Positions 10,338 through 21,015 of a stretch of 64,000 bases of DNA are shown piece by piece. Numbering within the stretch: position 1 is the stretch's first letter; the number at the start of each line of letters is the position of its first letter. The position numbers were made by a program, and so were the translations under genes. Location of the stretch: positions 32,001 through 96,000 of the forward strand of contig JBNKBE010000018.1 in NCBI GenBank assembly GCA_050287085.1, in the 5' to 3' direction. The notes below the pieces were generated by a model. That model worked only from the letters and a program-made list of their open reading frames with translations. It made no database searches and was not told where the DNA came from. The DNA is from Polyangiaceae bacterium. Lineage in GTDB: Bacteria > Myxococcota_A > Polyangia > Polyangiales > Polyangiaceae.

Positions 10338-11568
10338 TCCAATCCTGGCCGCTCAACTCATTCTCCAGACCCGGCAAGCGACGCAGTCGTTCTTGTGCGC
10401 TAGGCGTCCAGAATCGCATCTTGTAGAACGTTCCGTTTAGCTGCGAGCCATGCTTCAACCAACGAATGTAGCGTGAAACAAGCGTCCTACTCACAGGAGC
10501 GGGCTCAGCAAAGAACGCATCCAAGTCTTGAGATGAAGTACAGGCAAGATACACGCTATCGTCCAAACACTTGACCGGAGTGCCGTGATAGAGCGACGAA
10601 ATCCCCACGGTGCTGTTGATTACGACGGTACCGAGGGCTCCTCGCAGCAGCTTTGGAAGATGAATGTCGTGCACATAGCAGATTCTTCCCTGAAGCCCCA
10701 ATTCGGATTCTAGGCTTTCAATAAATCGTCCGTAGTGACGATGACCACGGTCACGTGGATGATGCTTGAGAACCAAGACGACGTCCGGCCCTGCCGAGCG
10801 TGCAAATGCCTCTACGACTTCTCGAATGAAGTCCTTCACATCCGCAAAGCGAGAGTTGAGCACCTGGAAGTCGTCGTACACCTGAAGTGGAGCAACGAAG
10901 TACCCCCCCTTGCAACTCGCCACCCAGCGCTGAAAGCCGCGCTGCTGCCAGCCGTAGTAGAACTTCCGTCCAAAGCTCCGCCACCACACCCCTGCCTGGC
11001 GCCAGGGCTCCCAGCGCCTGTGATGCTGGTATGAAGGAAAGCCACCGGAAAAGTAGGCCAAGACCAGGGCGTAGACCATCGCGTACCACGCAGCATGGAA
11101 GAACGTATTGCCAACAGGCTCCGGCGTGGGCGCAGGCGGCAGCTCCTGACGCTGAAAGAACTCGGGAGTGCGAGGAATTGAACTGTGAAAGTTGGTGCCT
11201 CCCAGTTCGAATGTCACGTAGTCAGGTCTGAGATATCCCTCCTCGAAGCAGTGGCAGGTGATGCCGTGCTCCGCAGCCTTCTGTCTGGCAACGACGTGGT
11301 AACGCCGACTATCACCAAACATGAAAAGGGCATCAGGACGGAACTCGCTGAGCAAGCCATCCAGATATCTCGGCCATTCCTCCAGGGTTCCGCGGAACGC
11401 AACACGTTCAATGCCTCGTGAGTACCACGCATCAGCGGCATTGAGGTCCACCTTCAGAGTCGTCGCACCAGCCGCCTCGAGACCACAGGCCAACGTGCGA
11501 AAAAAAGGACCGACGGGACCTTGCAGAAGCAACACACGACGATTCGCGAATCGCTCAAAGATCGTCAT
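10312..11568 (-). CDS. kpsS: Capsule biosynthesis beta-Kdo transferase KpsS
   Basis: LLLQGPVGPFF, FEEGYLRPDYVTFE, PLQVYDD, KHHPRDRG, INSTVG; ATG 11568 lies just after the kpsC stop. Confidence 0.92.
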   Translation of the reverse strand: MTIFERFANRRVLLLQGPVGPFFRTLACGLEAAGATTLKVDLNAADAWYSRGIERVAFRGTLEEWPRYLDGLLSEFRPDALFMFGDSRRYHVVARQKAAEHGITCHCFEEGYLRPDYVTFELGGTNFHSSIPRTPEFFQRQELPPAPTPEPVGNTFFHAAWYAMVYALVLAYFSGGFPSYQHHRRWEPWRQAGVWWRSFGRKFYYGWQQRGFQRWVASCKGGYFVAPLQVYDDFQVLNSRFADVKDFIREVVEAFARSAGPDVVLVLKHHPRDRGHRHYGRFIESLESELGLQGRICYVHDIHLPKLLRGALGTVVINSTVGISSLYHGTPVKCLDDSVYLACTSSQDLDAFFAEPAPVSRTLVSRYIRWLKHGSQLNGTFYKMRFWTPSAQERLRRLPGLENELSGQDWNVESARNG

Positions 11569-11569
11569 G

Positions 11570-13663
11570 TTATCCCCAAATCTCCGCCCATGCCGCGGCA
11601 AGGTAGCGCCGCGTCCTAAGCAGCTTGTGCCCTGCGGGCCATTGAGCAATGCGGAGCGCCTGCGATCCACGTGTCACTTCGCGTTCCAGCGCCGTTACGG
11701 TCTGTTCCGGAGTCGCAAAGTAACCACTTGCAGGGTCTACGTAGTGGGGATAACGCAGTAGGACACCAGCCGCGAGCTCGTTGAGCGCCAGCACCCGCCG
11801 TCGTCGTGAGCAGCGAATCCGATCCTCGGTCAACCCCCAACCCGAGTAAAATGGCTGTCCGTAGGTGACCACACGTCGGTCGCGCAGCAGCGCTTCGAAG
11901 CCGACCAACGACGTCATGGTATGCACCTCATCGGATACCTCTATGGCATCTACCACGCTGACGTCACGAATGACACGATCACAATACTGGAGTGCCAGCG
12001 CGTCCGCCACGGACCCAGGGCGATTCCCTGCCTCCACATCGGGGTGAGGCTTGAACAAGACGAACGCATCAGGTGACGCTTTGCGAACGGCCTGCAGCAA
12101 TTCGAGATTAGTTTTCACCGCACCGGCACCGCAGCGCAGCGAGGCGTCATTTTCAACTTGCCCGGGCACCAGAATGACCGGCTTTGACGTCTGACGCGGC
12201 AACGTGAGCAACACGCGAGACCGTGGATTGTACTTGCTCAAGCGAAGACGCTTGAGGCGGGCAACGAGTCGTTCCGCCCGCTGAAGCTCTGACGATTGGA
12301 ATGAGTGCTGCGAAAGGATTACTTCCAGGTCGCTCGCCCGAGATGGATCGTAATAGACCCCCGTTCGATCGAGAACCAGCGAACGGGGCGGCGTCAGATC
12401 GGACCCAAGTCCCACTGAACGGATGAAGCCGTCTTCCATGCGCTCGAGCCGCACGCCATGGGTCCGGCACAGCTTCTCAATTGCCGTGGAGCGCCGGCTT
12501 CCCCACACGACGGCGCGCGACTGAGGCCCAAATCCGCGCCGCTCTGCCAGACGCGGCTCGCTGACAAATACCAGTTCGCCTGACGCCGATTGAAGGTAGG
12601 GACGCACGTGCGGGCGCTTCCACACCGGAAACCCAAAGCAGAAGATGCGACCGTTGTTGGCCGCCCGACAGCTCTGCTGATGTATCAAGTGGGCGACGGC
12701 CTCCAGAGCGCTGCACCTCTCGCCCGTTACGGGGTCCACATACCTCGTATAGTCCACGTAGGCCGCCGCAACGAGCTCCTCTAGAGAGCGTCGCCCCGCA
12801 CTGCGTAGCGACGCCCTGCGGTCATCGGTAAGCCCCCATCCCGCGTAGAACGGAGTGCCAAAACAAGTAACCGGCTTGCGATGAAAGAGCGCCTCCAAGC
12901 CAACCTGAGAACTCGCGACGTATACGCGAGCCGCTCGCTCGAGTAGCAGGTGCGTGTTGATGTTCTCGTGTATCCACAGGACGTCTGGGGGAATCGACCG
13001 AGCTTTGCCAATGGCCGAGCCTCCGCGGGCGCGTGCCGCCGGATGTCCCTTGATCAAGACGGCCGCCCCGGGATTTTCCGCCACCGCAGCCTCGACCATC
13101 GCCTCAAACGCTGTGCCGCCCGCTGCGCCAAGCCTAACAGACTCATCGCTTGCCACTTGATCGACTATTAGTACGAACTCGCTCGGGAGATTGGCGAGGC
13201 GAGCGTCGGCATCATAGGCCGCCGCATTGTATTTCGAGAGCCTGTGGCTGACGAGCTGTTCCACAAGCCGTCGAGCGGCGTCGAGAGTCGAAGCATCTCT
13301 TCCCTCCCGCTCTATCAGACGCTCGAGACGACTTGCCCGCGGATCGTAGTAGATACCTAGGTCGTCAATAACCAGCGACACCGACGGCTGTCGGCGCCCC
13401 GGAAAGACCGAACGGACGAATCCGTCTTCGAGCCGCAGGAGTGGAACGCCATGCTTCTTGGCGAAGCGCTCTGCCGGCAACGCAGTTCGGCGACGCCCCC
13501 AGCCTACCACATAGTCGATCCCATTTGACGAACGGGGACGAAAGGCCACCTCCCGCGCTCCTAGAAAGGTTCGGAGATGAGGGAGTTGCCAGATGCCGCT
13601 CGAGAATACGGCCGCTCTGCCCGCTAGTAGTTGATCGAGCTCAGCCGTGCTCAACAACGTCAA
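11570..13663 (-). CDS. kpsC: Capsule poly-Kdo linker transferase KpsC (two GT domains)
   Basis: Duplicated motifs LEDGFVRS/MEDGFIRS, GIYYD/GVYYD, LSKYN twice, KGHP/KPHPD, PFYAGWGLT/PFYSGWGLT. Confidence 0.93.
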   Translation of the reverse strand: MTLLSTAELDQLLAGRAAVFSSGIWQLPHLRTFLGAREVAFRPRSSNGIDYVVGWGRRRTALPAERFAKKHGVPLLRLEDGFVRSVFPGRRQPSVSLVIDDLGIYYDPRASRLERLIEREGRDASTLDAARRLVEQLVSHRLSKYNAAAYDADARLANLPSEFVLIVDQVASDESVRLGAAGGTAFEAMVEAAVAENPGAAVLIKGHPAARARGGSAIGKARSIPPDVLWIHENINTHLLLERAARVYVASSQVGLEALFHRKPVTCFGTPFYAGWGLTDDRRASLRSAGRRSLEELVAAAYVDYTRYVDPVTGERCSALEAVAHLIHQQSCRAANNGRIFCFGFPVWKRPHVRPYLQSASGELVFVSEPRLAERRGFGPQSRAVVWGSRRSTAIEKLCRTHGVRLERMEDGFIRSVGLGSDLTPPRSLVLDRTGVYYDPSRASDLEVILSQHSFQSSELQRAERLVARLKRLRLSKYNPRSRVLLTLPRQTSKPVILVPGQVENDASLRCGAGAVKTNLELLQAVRKASPDAFVLFKPHPDVEAGNRPGSVADALALQYCDRVIRDVSVVDAIEVSDEVHTMTSLVGFEALLRDRRVVTYGQPFYSGWGLTEDRIRCSRRRRVLALNELAAGVLLRYPHYVDPASGYFATPEQTVTALEREVTRGSQALRIAQWPAGHKLLRTRRYLAAAWAEIWG

Positions 13664-13672
13664 ACTCCAGAC

Positions 13673-15004
13673 TTACCCCTTGGAGGTCGCTCGTTGTTGT
13701 AGCAAACGGATAACCCGCTCGACGTCGGCCGGAACATCGACGCCGTGGCCTGGTGCTTCTTGGATCACCGTCGTGTGAATCTCAATCCCAAGTGAAAGCG
13801 CCCGGAGCTGCTCCAGCGACTCCAGCATCTCAATTGCCGAAGGAGAGGCCGTCGCAAGGCGACGAAGTGTATCAACGCGATAGCCGTAGATTCCTAGATG
13901 TCTGAAGAAGGGCGCGCCCTCCGGTAGCGAGACCACCTCCCCTTTTCCAAATACCTCGCGTGCCCATGGAATCGGCGCTCGACTGAAGTAGCGGGCCCAA
14001 CCGCGATCGTCGAGCACGACCTTGACGACGTTGGGATCGAAGACGTCCGCGGCAATACGAATCGGTGTAGCCAACGTCGCCATGCCGACTCGCGTATCCC
14101 GAGTCAGCGCGCTCGCGACGGAACTCAATAGCGCACCCGGCACGAGCGGCTCATCGCCCTGCAAGTTCACGACAATGTGTTCTGGAGCCCATCCACAAAC
14201 GTCTGCGACCTCCCACAACCGATCGGTGCCCGACGTGTGGTCGCTGCGGGTCATTTGACACTGGCCGCCGAAGCCCTCAACCGCCTTTGCCACTCGAGCA
14301 TCATCCGTTGCTACGATCACGCGTTCCGCCCCGGAGCTCAGAGCGTTTTCCACGACGCGCTCGATCATGAGCTTTCCGTCGAGATCGACCAGCGGCTTGC
14401 CGGGAAGGCGGGAGGATGCATACCGCGCCGGAATGACGACAGAAAATTTGGGCTCTGGCGGCGCCCCTCGCCCATCCACGTACGCGTGGATGAAGGCCTC
14501 AAACGACGGCACTCGAGCCCGAATCAGAGCTTCTGCAAACTCACGAACGGCGCCCTCACCACCACGCGCTTTTGCAACCCAGGTCGCTCCCGCACGCACT
14601 AGCTCATGTGCGTCGGCGACAGCGGCCGACACCCCCGCAACGCCCAACGCCGGAAGGTCAATCAGGTCGTCACCCATAAAGGCGACCTGACCCAAGGGTA
14701 TGCCGAGCTCTTCCGCCATGGCGGAAAGCGCCCTGCGCTTACCGCTCTCGCCCAGGCGCACATGGCGGATCCCGAGCTCTCGCAGACGTGTAGCAAGCGC
14801 TTGAGAGCTGCGAGCGCTAATAACCCCGACCTCGATACCGGCTGCCTGAAGCAACTTCATGCCGAGCCCATCGCGAGCGTTGAATCCTTTTAGCTGTTCA
14901 CCTTCCGCGCCATAATACAACGCACCGTTGGTCAACACACCGTCAACGTCGAAAACCGCCAAGCGGATGCCGGAAAGGGGCACCTCTGCACTGTTGCTAC
15001 TCAT
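13673..15004 (-). CDS. kdsB: Fusion of Kdo-8-P phosphatase (KdsC) and CMP-Kdo synthetase (KdsB/KpsU)
   Basis: N-half: [28 protein letters not shown]-half: [44 protein letters not shown]. One continuous frame. Confidence 0.92.
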   Translation of the reverse strand: MSSNSAEVPLSGIRLAVFDVDGVLTNGALYYGAEGEQLKGFNARDGLGMKLLQAAGIEVGVISARSSQALATRLRELGIRHVRLGESGKRRALSAMAEELGIPLGQVAFMGDDLIDLPALGVAGVSAAVADAHELVRAGATWVAKARGGEGAVREFAEALIRARVPSFEAFIHAYVDGRGAPPEPKFSVVIPARYASSRLPGKPLVDLDGKLMIERVVENALSSGAERVIVATDDARVAKAVEGFGGQCQMTRSDHTSGTDRLWEVADVCGWAPEHIVVNLQGDEPLVPGALLSSVASALTRDTRVGMATLATPIRIAADVFDPNVVKVVLDDRGWARYFSRAPIPWAREVFGKGEVVSLPEGAPFFRHLGIYGYRVDTLRRLATASPSAIEMLESLEQLRALSLGIEIHTTVIQEAPGHGVDVPADVERVIRLLQQRATSKG

Positions 15005-15044
15005 GGTCAGGACCCTGCTTCGCTACTGCGCTTGCAGCCGTTGC

Positions 15045-15887
15045 TCACTTCGCGTCCAAGAGCTCTTCTACGTAGGGCGAAGCCTTCACCACCCGATCGA
15101 TCGCTATCAGCGGCTCGAGTACTTCACTCATGCGGGCGAGCGGCCACATATTGGGACCGTCGCTTGGCGCGTTGTCCGGGTCCGGGTGTGTTTCCATGAA
15201 GACCCCCGCAATTCCCGCCGCCACCGCAGCGCGCGCAAGCACTGGCACCATCTGACGTTGCCCCCCAGATGTCTTGCCCTGTCCACCAGGCTGCTGCACG
15301 GAGTGGGTCGCGTCAAATACAACGGGACAACCTGTCTGCCGCATGACGGCCAAGCCGCGCATGTCTGAAATCAAGGTGTTGTAGCCGAAGGACACGCCGC
15401 GCTCACACAACATGACGTTCGAGTTACCTGCCTGACGACACTTCTCGACCACGTTTTCCATATCCCACGGAGCCTGAAACTGGCCCTTCTTGATATTCAT
15501 GGGCTTCCCGGCACGCGCCACGCGCTGCATGAAATTGGTCTGGCGCACCAAGAAGGCGGGCGTCTGAACCACGTCCACCACCGAGGCGACTTCGTCAATA
15601 GGGGTATCTTCGTGCACGTCCGTGAGCACAGGCACCCCAATCTCCGTGCGAATCCGCTGAAGTATCTTAAGCCCCGCCTCCACCCCGGGTCCCCGAAAGG
15701 ACGAGGCTGAAGTGCGGTTTGCCTTGTCAAAGCTCGACTTGAATACGAAGTGAATACCCAGCTTCTGCGTTAGCTCTTTGAGCTGACCCGCAATCTCGAG
15801 CATGAAGGCCTCCTCTTCGATCACGCAGGGTCCCGCAATCAGAAAGAGCGGCTCACGATTGCCTATTTTGACGTCATTCAACTTCAT
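15045..15887 (-). CDS. kdsA: Kdo-8-phosphate synthase
   Basis: [44 protein letters not shown]. Confidence 0.96.
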   Translation of the reverse strand: MKLNDVKIGNREPLFLIAGPCVIEEEAFMLEIAGQLKELTQKLGIHFVFKSSFDKANRTSASSFRGPGVEAGLKILQRIRTEIGVPVLTDVHEDTPIDEVASVVDVVQTPAFLVRQTNFMQRVARAGKPMNIKKGQFQAPWDMENVVEKCRQAGNSNVMLCERGVSFGYNTLISDMRGLAVMRQTGCPVVFDATHSVQQPGGQGKTSGGQRQMVPVLARAAVAAGIAGVFMETHPDPDNAPSDGPNMWPLARMSEVLEPLIAIDRVVKASPYVEELLDAK

Positions 15888-17596
15888 CTGAACACCGGAG
15901 ATAACACGACCGCTGCGGCAACGGCCACCTGATAGATGATCTGGGTAATGTCCGCGACGTTCTGCAGATACTTGGTATCGACCTCGGGTGGAACGAGAAT
16001 TTCGTCGCCCGGCCGTATCGGAGCGTCCAGATCCCCCATATGCACTTCTGCGTTGGCTCGCAGAACAATGACTTTGCCGGTATCGGCGCGGTCCGTGAAG
16101 CCGCCACTCATCTCAACATAGTCCTCGGCGCGCAGGCCCTCCTGGTACATCACGGCCTGCGCCATCAGCACCTCCCCGCTCACGCGTACGACATTGGTCT
16201 TGGACGGGATGACGATGGTGTCGTTGGGTTCCAGAATGATGTTCTGCTGGGCGCCCCCGGCAGTTGTCACCACCCTACCTATCGGCTGGATCAACCGGGC
16301 CCGTTCGACGAACTTCCGGGTAAGATCCGCTTCTTTGACCCGAATGTCGCTCTCGCCGTTGGAGCTGGATAGGGCAAGCAACGCGCTGCGCTCTAGCCGA
16401 AACAGCCCGTCCTCGATGGAGTCCTTCTGAGCCTGTGCGACCGAGACTCGCCGGAGATGGATGGCCTTCACATCCGCCAGCGTCGGATCCACCGGAATGT
16501 GATTGAGCACGTCCACCAGGCGGGCGCCGCGCCGGACGCTGAGGGTACCCGGTCCAAGGGTTTCACCTGCAACCTTCACTGAAATCGTCTGGGCGGTGAG
16601 GTCCTGACGCACGACGATGCTGTCGCCGTCCTGTAGCTGGAAAGCGGCGAACGCCTGAATGGGCAAGGTCTGCTGAAATGGCAGTCCCCCGCGAATGCCG
16701 CTCACCGTAACGTTGGTCGCAAGCGCCGATTCGGCAATGATGCCGAGCGCGTCCGAGCCGAGGTGCGCACCCGGTTTGAATTCCACCCAGCTGGGCGTGG
16801 AAACATCGCCGCCGACCAGGACCACCGGTCCCCGCCGATGCACCAGCACGACGTCACCCTCTTGAAATTGGGCCGTATCGACCCGCCCTTCCAACAGGAA
16901 GTCATAGAGATCGATGCTTCTGACCGTTTGTCCGTCACGAAGGACATCAATGCTCCGATAACTTCCAAGTTGTGCGTCAATTCCCCCGGCTTGGTCGAGA
17001 AAGAAGAGAATCGAGTCGCTCGGCACGCCGCCATAACGCCCGGGCCGGCGTACCCCCCCAGTTACGAAGACCCCCACCGGCTTGGCGGTGATGAGGTTGG
17101 TGTAGACGCTCACGTAGCGCGTGTAAACCCGCTTGATGGCGCTCTCAACCACAGCGGTCAGCTCCGCATTGCGAACCCCAGCTAGATGAATAGGACCGAT
17201 CTCCGGAACGAAGATGTTCCCCTGGCCATCGACCACGAAGGTCTGGTTGATCTGCACCGACCCCCAGCTGTTCAGTGCCACGTGGTCACCCGGCATGATG
17301 CGGTAGTTCGCGTTGACCCCGTCCTCTCGCGCGTGGAGGAAGTTGCCCGCGAAAAGTCGACTGCCAAAGGGTAGCGGTCCGGCACCCTCCGCTTCGCTAT
17401 GCGGCGGAAGCAGCGGCCTCGTGGGCGGCGCGGGGGCAGCTGCCCGAGCCTCCTCGAAGGCGTCCGCGGCCCGGGCCGGTCCCGCCACCAACCAACAAGC
17501 CAAGGCGAGCAATCCTAGGACATGGCCCGTCGTCCCTCCACGACAAAGCGCGCGCCAAGGGCCCATACCCAGGCTAGCAAGTACTGAATCGAACAT
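15884..17596 (-). CDS. kpsD: Capsule export protein KpsD (OPX family, SLBB repeats)
   Basis: [29 protein letters not shown], beta-grasp repeats; ATGA overlap with kdsA; start moved to ATG 17596 after the kpsE stop. Confidence 0.85.
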   Translation of the reverse strand: MFDSVLASLGMGPWRALCRGGTTGHVLGLLALACWLVAGPARAADAFEEARAAAPAPPTRPLLPPHSEAEGAGPLPFGSRLFAGNFLHAREDGVNANYRIMPGDHVALNSWGSVQINQTFVVDGQGNIFVPEIGPIHLAGVRNAELTAVVESAIKRVYTRYVSVYTNLITAKPVGVFVTGGVRRPGRYGGVPSDSILFFLDQAGGIDAQLGSYRSIDVLRDGQTVRSIDLYDFLLEGRVDTAQFQEGDVVLVHRRGPVVLVGGDVSTPSWVEFKPGAHLGSDALGIIAESALATNVTVSGIRGGLPFQQTLPIQAFAAFQLQDGDSIVVRQDLTAQTISVKVAGETLGPGTLSVRRGARLVDVLNHIPVDPTLADVKAIHLRRVSVAQAQKDSIEDGLFRLERSALLALSSSNGESDIRVKEADLTRKFVERARLIQPIGRVVTTAGGAQQNIILEPNDTIVIPSKTNVVRVSGEVLMAQAVMYQEGLRAEDYVEMSGGFTDRADTGKVIVLRANAEVHMGDLDAPIRPGDEILVPPEVDTKYLQNVADITQIIYQVAVAAAVVLSPVFR

Positions 17597-17628
17597 GGTG
17601 CGAGCTCTCATCCCTTTCAAGTCGGCGC

Positions 17629-19149
17629 TCAGAACCGCGCGTGCTCCCGCACCGAGGCCCAAAACAAGGAAGTGACCCCAAAAGCCATCAAACTCACAAG
17701 GAAGACCGTAAGTATTCCCCAATGCGGCTTCGGCAAAGTTGCCTCATCAGCTCGAGAAGGCTTCGCGATTACCGCCAAATAACGATGCTGGCGTCCGGCG
17801 TCCGCTCGAGCGAGTTCGAGCGAAGTCAGCGCTGACCGGTAGGCTCCTTGTGCAAACTCCTTCTCCAAGATCGCTCCCTCGAAGGAAGCGATTGACGTAT
17901 TCAAGCCGTCGTCGTCGCGCTTACCCACCAAGCGCTGACTCTCGCTGCGAATTTGCGATTGCAGGGCATTCACCTCTTGCTGCAGCGCAATAACCTTGGA
18001 CGCCTGGGGCGACATATACGCCCGAGCCTGTGTCAATTCGGTGCGAGCCTTGGCCAATGCCGCCTGAAGCTGCCCGCGCACCGTCAACGTCTCGGAGGCC
18101 GTTTCCGCCGGATTAAACTCAGCGTGCTCAGCCTGAAGCTCCAACACGCTCTTTCGCGCGGCAGAAAGTCGAGCCTCCGCGACCTGAAGCTCCGCCTTGG
18201 CGAAAGCAATCTGATCCTGACGAGCTCGCTGTGAGAGATCGTTCACCTTCTTCTCGCTGTAGCCAATGATGGCCTGAGCAAACTCAGTGGCGTCGTCAGC
18301 GGAATAGCCTTGTACAGTCAGCTGCAGGACGTCCGACGTCGAATGATGCTCAACAGTTACGCGGCTGAGAAAGTACTGGTAGGCGTCTTCGAAAGACGCG
18401 TCATCGTCAAGGCGTGACAGGGAATCAAAACGTTCACCCTGAAACCGCGCACTGAAGTCGTGTTCCTCGACTAGGCGCTGCAACATGTCGCGCGACAGAA
18501 TGAAGTCGCGGACGGCGAGGGCATCCTTGGTTCCGGGAGAACTCGGCAGAACGCCTAGGAAGGCGTCCAGGCCCACGCCCCTATTGGCCTCCGCGGACTG
18601 GATGGTAAACAGCGACGTCGACTCGTAAACGTGGGATGCGAGGCCAAGATAGTAGACCGTCGAGATGAGCGTCGGCAGCAGCACGAAGGCAGCCAGCTTC
18701 GCCGCCAGACGGAAAGCACGCTGGCGTCGCAGGCGACGTACGGCATCGGCCGCGCGCGTCGCCTGCGCCTCGGCAGAGGAAGGTTCCGGCACCGGCGGGA
18801 CAACAGGAGCTTTGGCTCTTGCGGAGATCTCCGTCTCCTTGGGGCTCTCGGGCGCCGGCCTCTTGGCTTCGGCAGGGGTCTTCTCCCGAATGGCGGGCTG
18901 CGCGGCGGATTCTCCCCCACCAAGAGCGACGAGCTTCTTGTCGTTCGTTGGGCTCGGCGACCCCGTCTTGCCTTGAGGCTCCGACTTCTTCGCCTTGGAC
19001 TTGTCGCCAGTCACCGACTTCGCTTTGGGTGCACGCGCCGCATCGGACGCTACCCCCCCGGGCGAGAGCTCCGACTGCACATCCGCCGTCTCTTGTTCGA
19101 GCACCCCTGACGCGGCGTCGGCATTCCCTACTTTTGCAGGCTCAGACAT
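17629..19149 (-). CDS. kpsE: Capsule export inner-membrane adaptor KpsE with long N-terminal extension
   Basis: Two TM helices flanking a coiled-coil region; FILSRDML; C-terminal VREHARF; position after kpsT. Confidence 0.87.
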   Translation of the reverse strand: MSEPAKVGNADAASGVLEQETADVQSELSPGGVASDAARAPKAKSVTGDKSKAKKSEPQGKTGSPSPTNDKKLVALGGGESAAQPAIREKTPAEAKRPAPESPKETEISARAKAPVVPPVPEPSSAEAQATRAADAVRRLRRQRAFRLAAKLAAFVLLPTLISTVYYLGLASHVYESTSLFTIQSAEANRGVGLDAFLGVLPSSPGTKDALAVRDFILSRDMLQRLVEEHDFSARFQGERFDSLSRLDDDASFEDAYQYFLSRVTVEHHSTSDVLQLTVQGYSADDATEFAQAIIGYSEKKVNDLSQRARQDQIAFAKAELQVAEARLSAARKSVLELQAEHAEFNPAETASETLTVRGQLQAALAKARTELTQARAYMSPQASKVIALQQEVNALQSQIRSESQRLVGKRDDDGLNTSIASFEGAILEKEFAQGAYRSALTSLELARADAGRQHRYLAVIAKPSRADEATLPKPHWGILTVFLVSLMAFGVTSLFWASVREHARF

Positions 19150-19795
19150 CGAGCTCCTCATAGGCTGCCTGGGCCTCATCGATCGAGTTGTAGAGGGTCA
19201 GGGAACCGGCATTCAATATAGCGCAAGTGCTGCAGTATTCGCGAATGGTCGACATATTGTGGGACACCATGATTACTGCGGAACGTTCGCGCCGAGCGGC
19301 AAAGGCTTCCTTGCAGCGTTCCTGAAATCGCCTATCACCCACGGCGGTGACTTCGTCCACGAGGTAGAAGTCGAAGTCAACAGCCATGCTCAGGCCAAAG
19401 GCAACACGCGCCTTCATTCCGGAAGAATAGCTCTTCACCGGCTCAAAAAAGTAGTCGCCGATATCAGCGAATTCCCGTGTGAAGCCTACGACCGAGTCAA
19501 CGTCGGTGCCGTAGACGCGGGCTACAAAGCGACAGTTCTCCTCAGCCGTAAGTGAGCCGTTGAAGCCACCGGCGAAACCGATGGGCCACGAGAGACGAGA
19601 ATGACGCACAATCTCTCCGCCGTTGGGCATTTCAACGCCCGCCAGCAAGCGGAGCAAGGTCGACTTCCCGGCTCCGTTGCGTCCGAGGATGCCGACGCTG
19701 GTGAGCGGCGGAAACGTAAATGATACCCCGTTAAGGACGTAGTTTGGACCGCGGTGAGTGCGGTAGAACTTCGATACGGAGCGCAGCTCTATCAC
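19142..19795 (-). CDS. kpsT: Capsule ABC transporter ATP-binding protein KpsT
   Basis: GRNGAGKST, SWPIGFAGGF, YSSGMKARVAF, YLVDEVTAVGD; GTG 19795 overlaps the kpsM stop (GTGA). Confidence 0.93.
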   Translation of the reverse strand: MIELRSVSKFYRTHRGPNYVLNGVSFTFPPLTSVGILGRNGAGKSTLLRLLAGVEMPNGGEIVRHSRLSWPIGFAGGFNGSLTAEENCRFVARVYGTDVDSVVGFTREFADIGDYFFEPVKSYSSGMKARVAFGLSMAVDFDFYLVDEVTAVGDRRFQERCKEAFAARRERSAVIMVSHNMSTIREYCSTCAILNAGSLTLYNSIDEAQAAYEELDV

Positions 19796-20589
19796 GAGGA
19801 CCCCAGGTGATTTCGGGCAACGCGCTCCATGGCCAAACCGACCAAGATGAGTGCGGCGGCAACACTTGCTGGAAACACGAAGCTTGCGTCGCGAGCGGTA
19901 TATTCGGGGTACCAGCCGTCGCGCATCCATTCGGTACAGTGCAGCAAGGGGTTGTAGAGCAACAGCCCTTTCACGTTGGAAGGAAGCTCATTGGCCGTGA
20001 AGAAAATGCCGGAGATCCACATCAGAGGTCGCAGCACGAACCCTGCTAGCTTCTCAACGATGGGAGCCAGCGTTGCCCCGGCGCACAATACGAGGCCAAG
20101 CCCGGAGCCAAGGGCCGAGGCGAGCCCCAAGCCGCAGAGGATGTACAGCATGTTGTCGAGGGAAAGGTGCTGATTCCAGATCGATATCCCCCCGAGCAAC
20201 ACCACCGCGACGCCGAAGTAGGTGGCGACCTCGAGCAACGTCCGGGCGATAATCAAATCCAAAGTAAAAACCTGTGGATAGAACAAGAGCGCCCGATTGC
20301 CGGACACCGCAGCAGCGGTTCGGCTCGTCACCGCACGAAAGAAGAGGTAGGGCAAAAACCCAGTCGCATAATACGACAGCGTATCGGTTCCTAACGCCAC
20401 CCGACGGCCTACTATCGCCGAAGCCCCAGCGAATGTCCCGATCATCATGACCGGCTCTAGCAGCGCCCACAGGTAGCCAAGCTGCTTCGAACCGAATCGG
20501 GTGCGCGTTTCCCGCAATATGACGGCGTGGACAACCTGCCACTGAACTAACGCACCGTGAAGCCCCTCGCGCAGCCAAGCCGGGGTCAC
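19792..20589 (-). CDS. kpsM: Capsule ABC transporter permease KpsM
   Basis: RETRTRFG..LGYLWALLEP, ISGIFF, NPLLHCTEWMR; GTG 20589 overlaps the upstream stop. Confidence 0.92.
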   Translation of the reverse strand: MTPAWLREGLHGALVQWQVVHAVILRETRTRFGSKQLGYLWALLEPVMMIGTFAGASAIVGRRVALGTDTLSYYATGFLPYLFFRAVTSRTAAAVSGNRALLFYPQVFTLDLIIARTLLEVATYFGVAVVLLGGISIWNQHLSLDNMLYILCGLGLASALGSGLGLVLCAGATLAPIVEKLAGFVLRPLMWISGIFFTANELPSNVKGLLLYNPLLHCTEWMRDGWYPEYTARDASFVFPASVAAALILVGLAMERVARNHLGSS

Positions 20590-21011
20590 GGAGGCCCCGA
20601 GGCAGGCGAGCCAGACACGGCGCTCGGGGCCAGAGTCGAGTTGGCGCCGAGCTGGCCCGTTTGCTGGATGTTCGGAACGAAGAACCATTCCTCACCCTCC
20701 GAACAGGCCAAGCGCGCTTCGCCACCGGTCGGCCCGGTCAGATGCAGGTACCGACAGCTCCGGCCGCTAGCGCTTTGATAGGCCTTTGCGGCCTGTATTT
20801 GTCGCTGTCCAATCTGGGTCAGCTGCCCAACGGGAAGGTCACCCGCTCGCTGCAACACGAGGGCGTCCTCACCGTTGGATGCCGCGATGCGACTAGGTGC
20901 AATCAGTGCCGGTTCCACCGCAGCGCCGCGACCACACGCGACGCCAAACAACCCAAGAGCCAAGAGCGCCCAGCTCGCGCGCCTTGTACCCCACAGAGAG
21001 ACGACCGACAC
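20586..21011 (-). CDS. Small lipoprotein within the kps operon (tentatively DVU3141-like)
   Basis: Lipobox GVA-C; Y.SASGRSCR...LAC....W motif; fills the gap between kpsF and kpsM; start taken as GTG 21011. Confidence 0.7.
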   Translation of the reverse strand: MSVVSLWGTRRASWALLALGLFGVACGRGAAVEPALIAPSRIAASNGEDALVLQRAGDLPVGQLTQIGQRQIQAAKAYQSASGRSCRYLHLTGPTGGEARLACSEGEEWFFVPNIQQTGQLGANSTLAPSAVSGSPASGPP

Positions 21012-21015
21012 GCCC

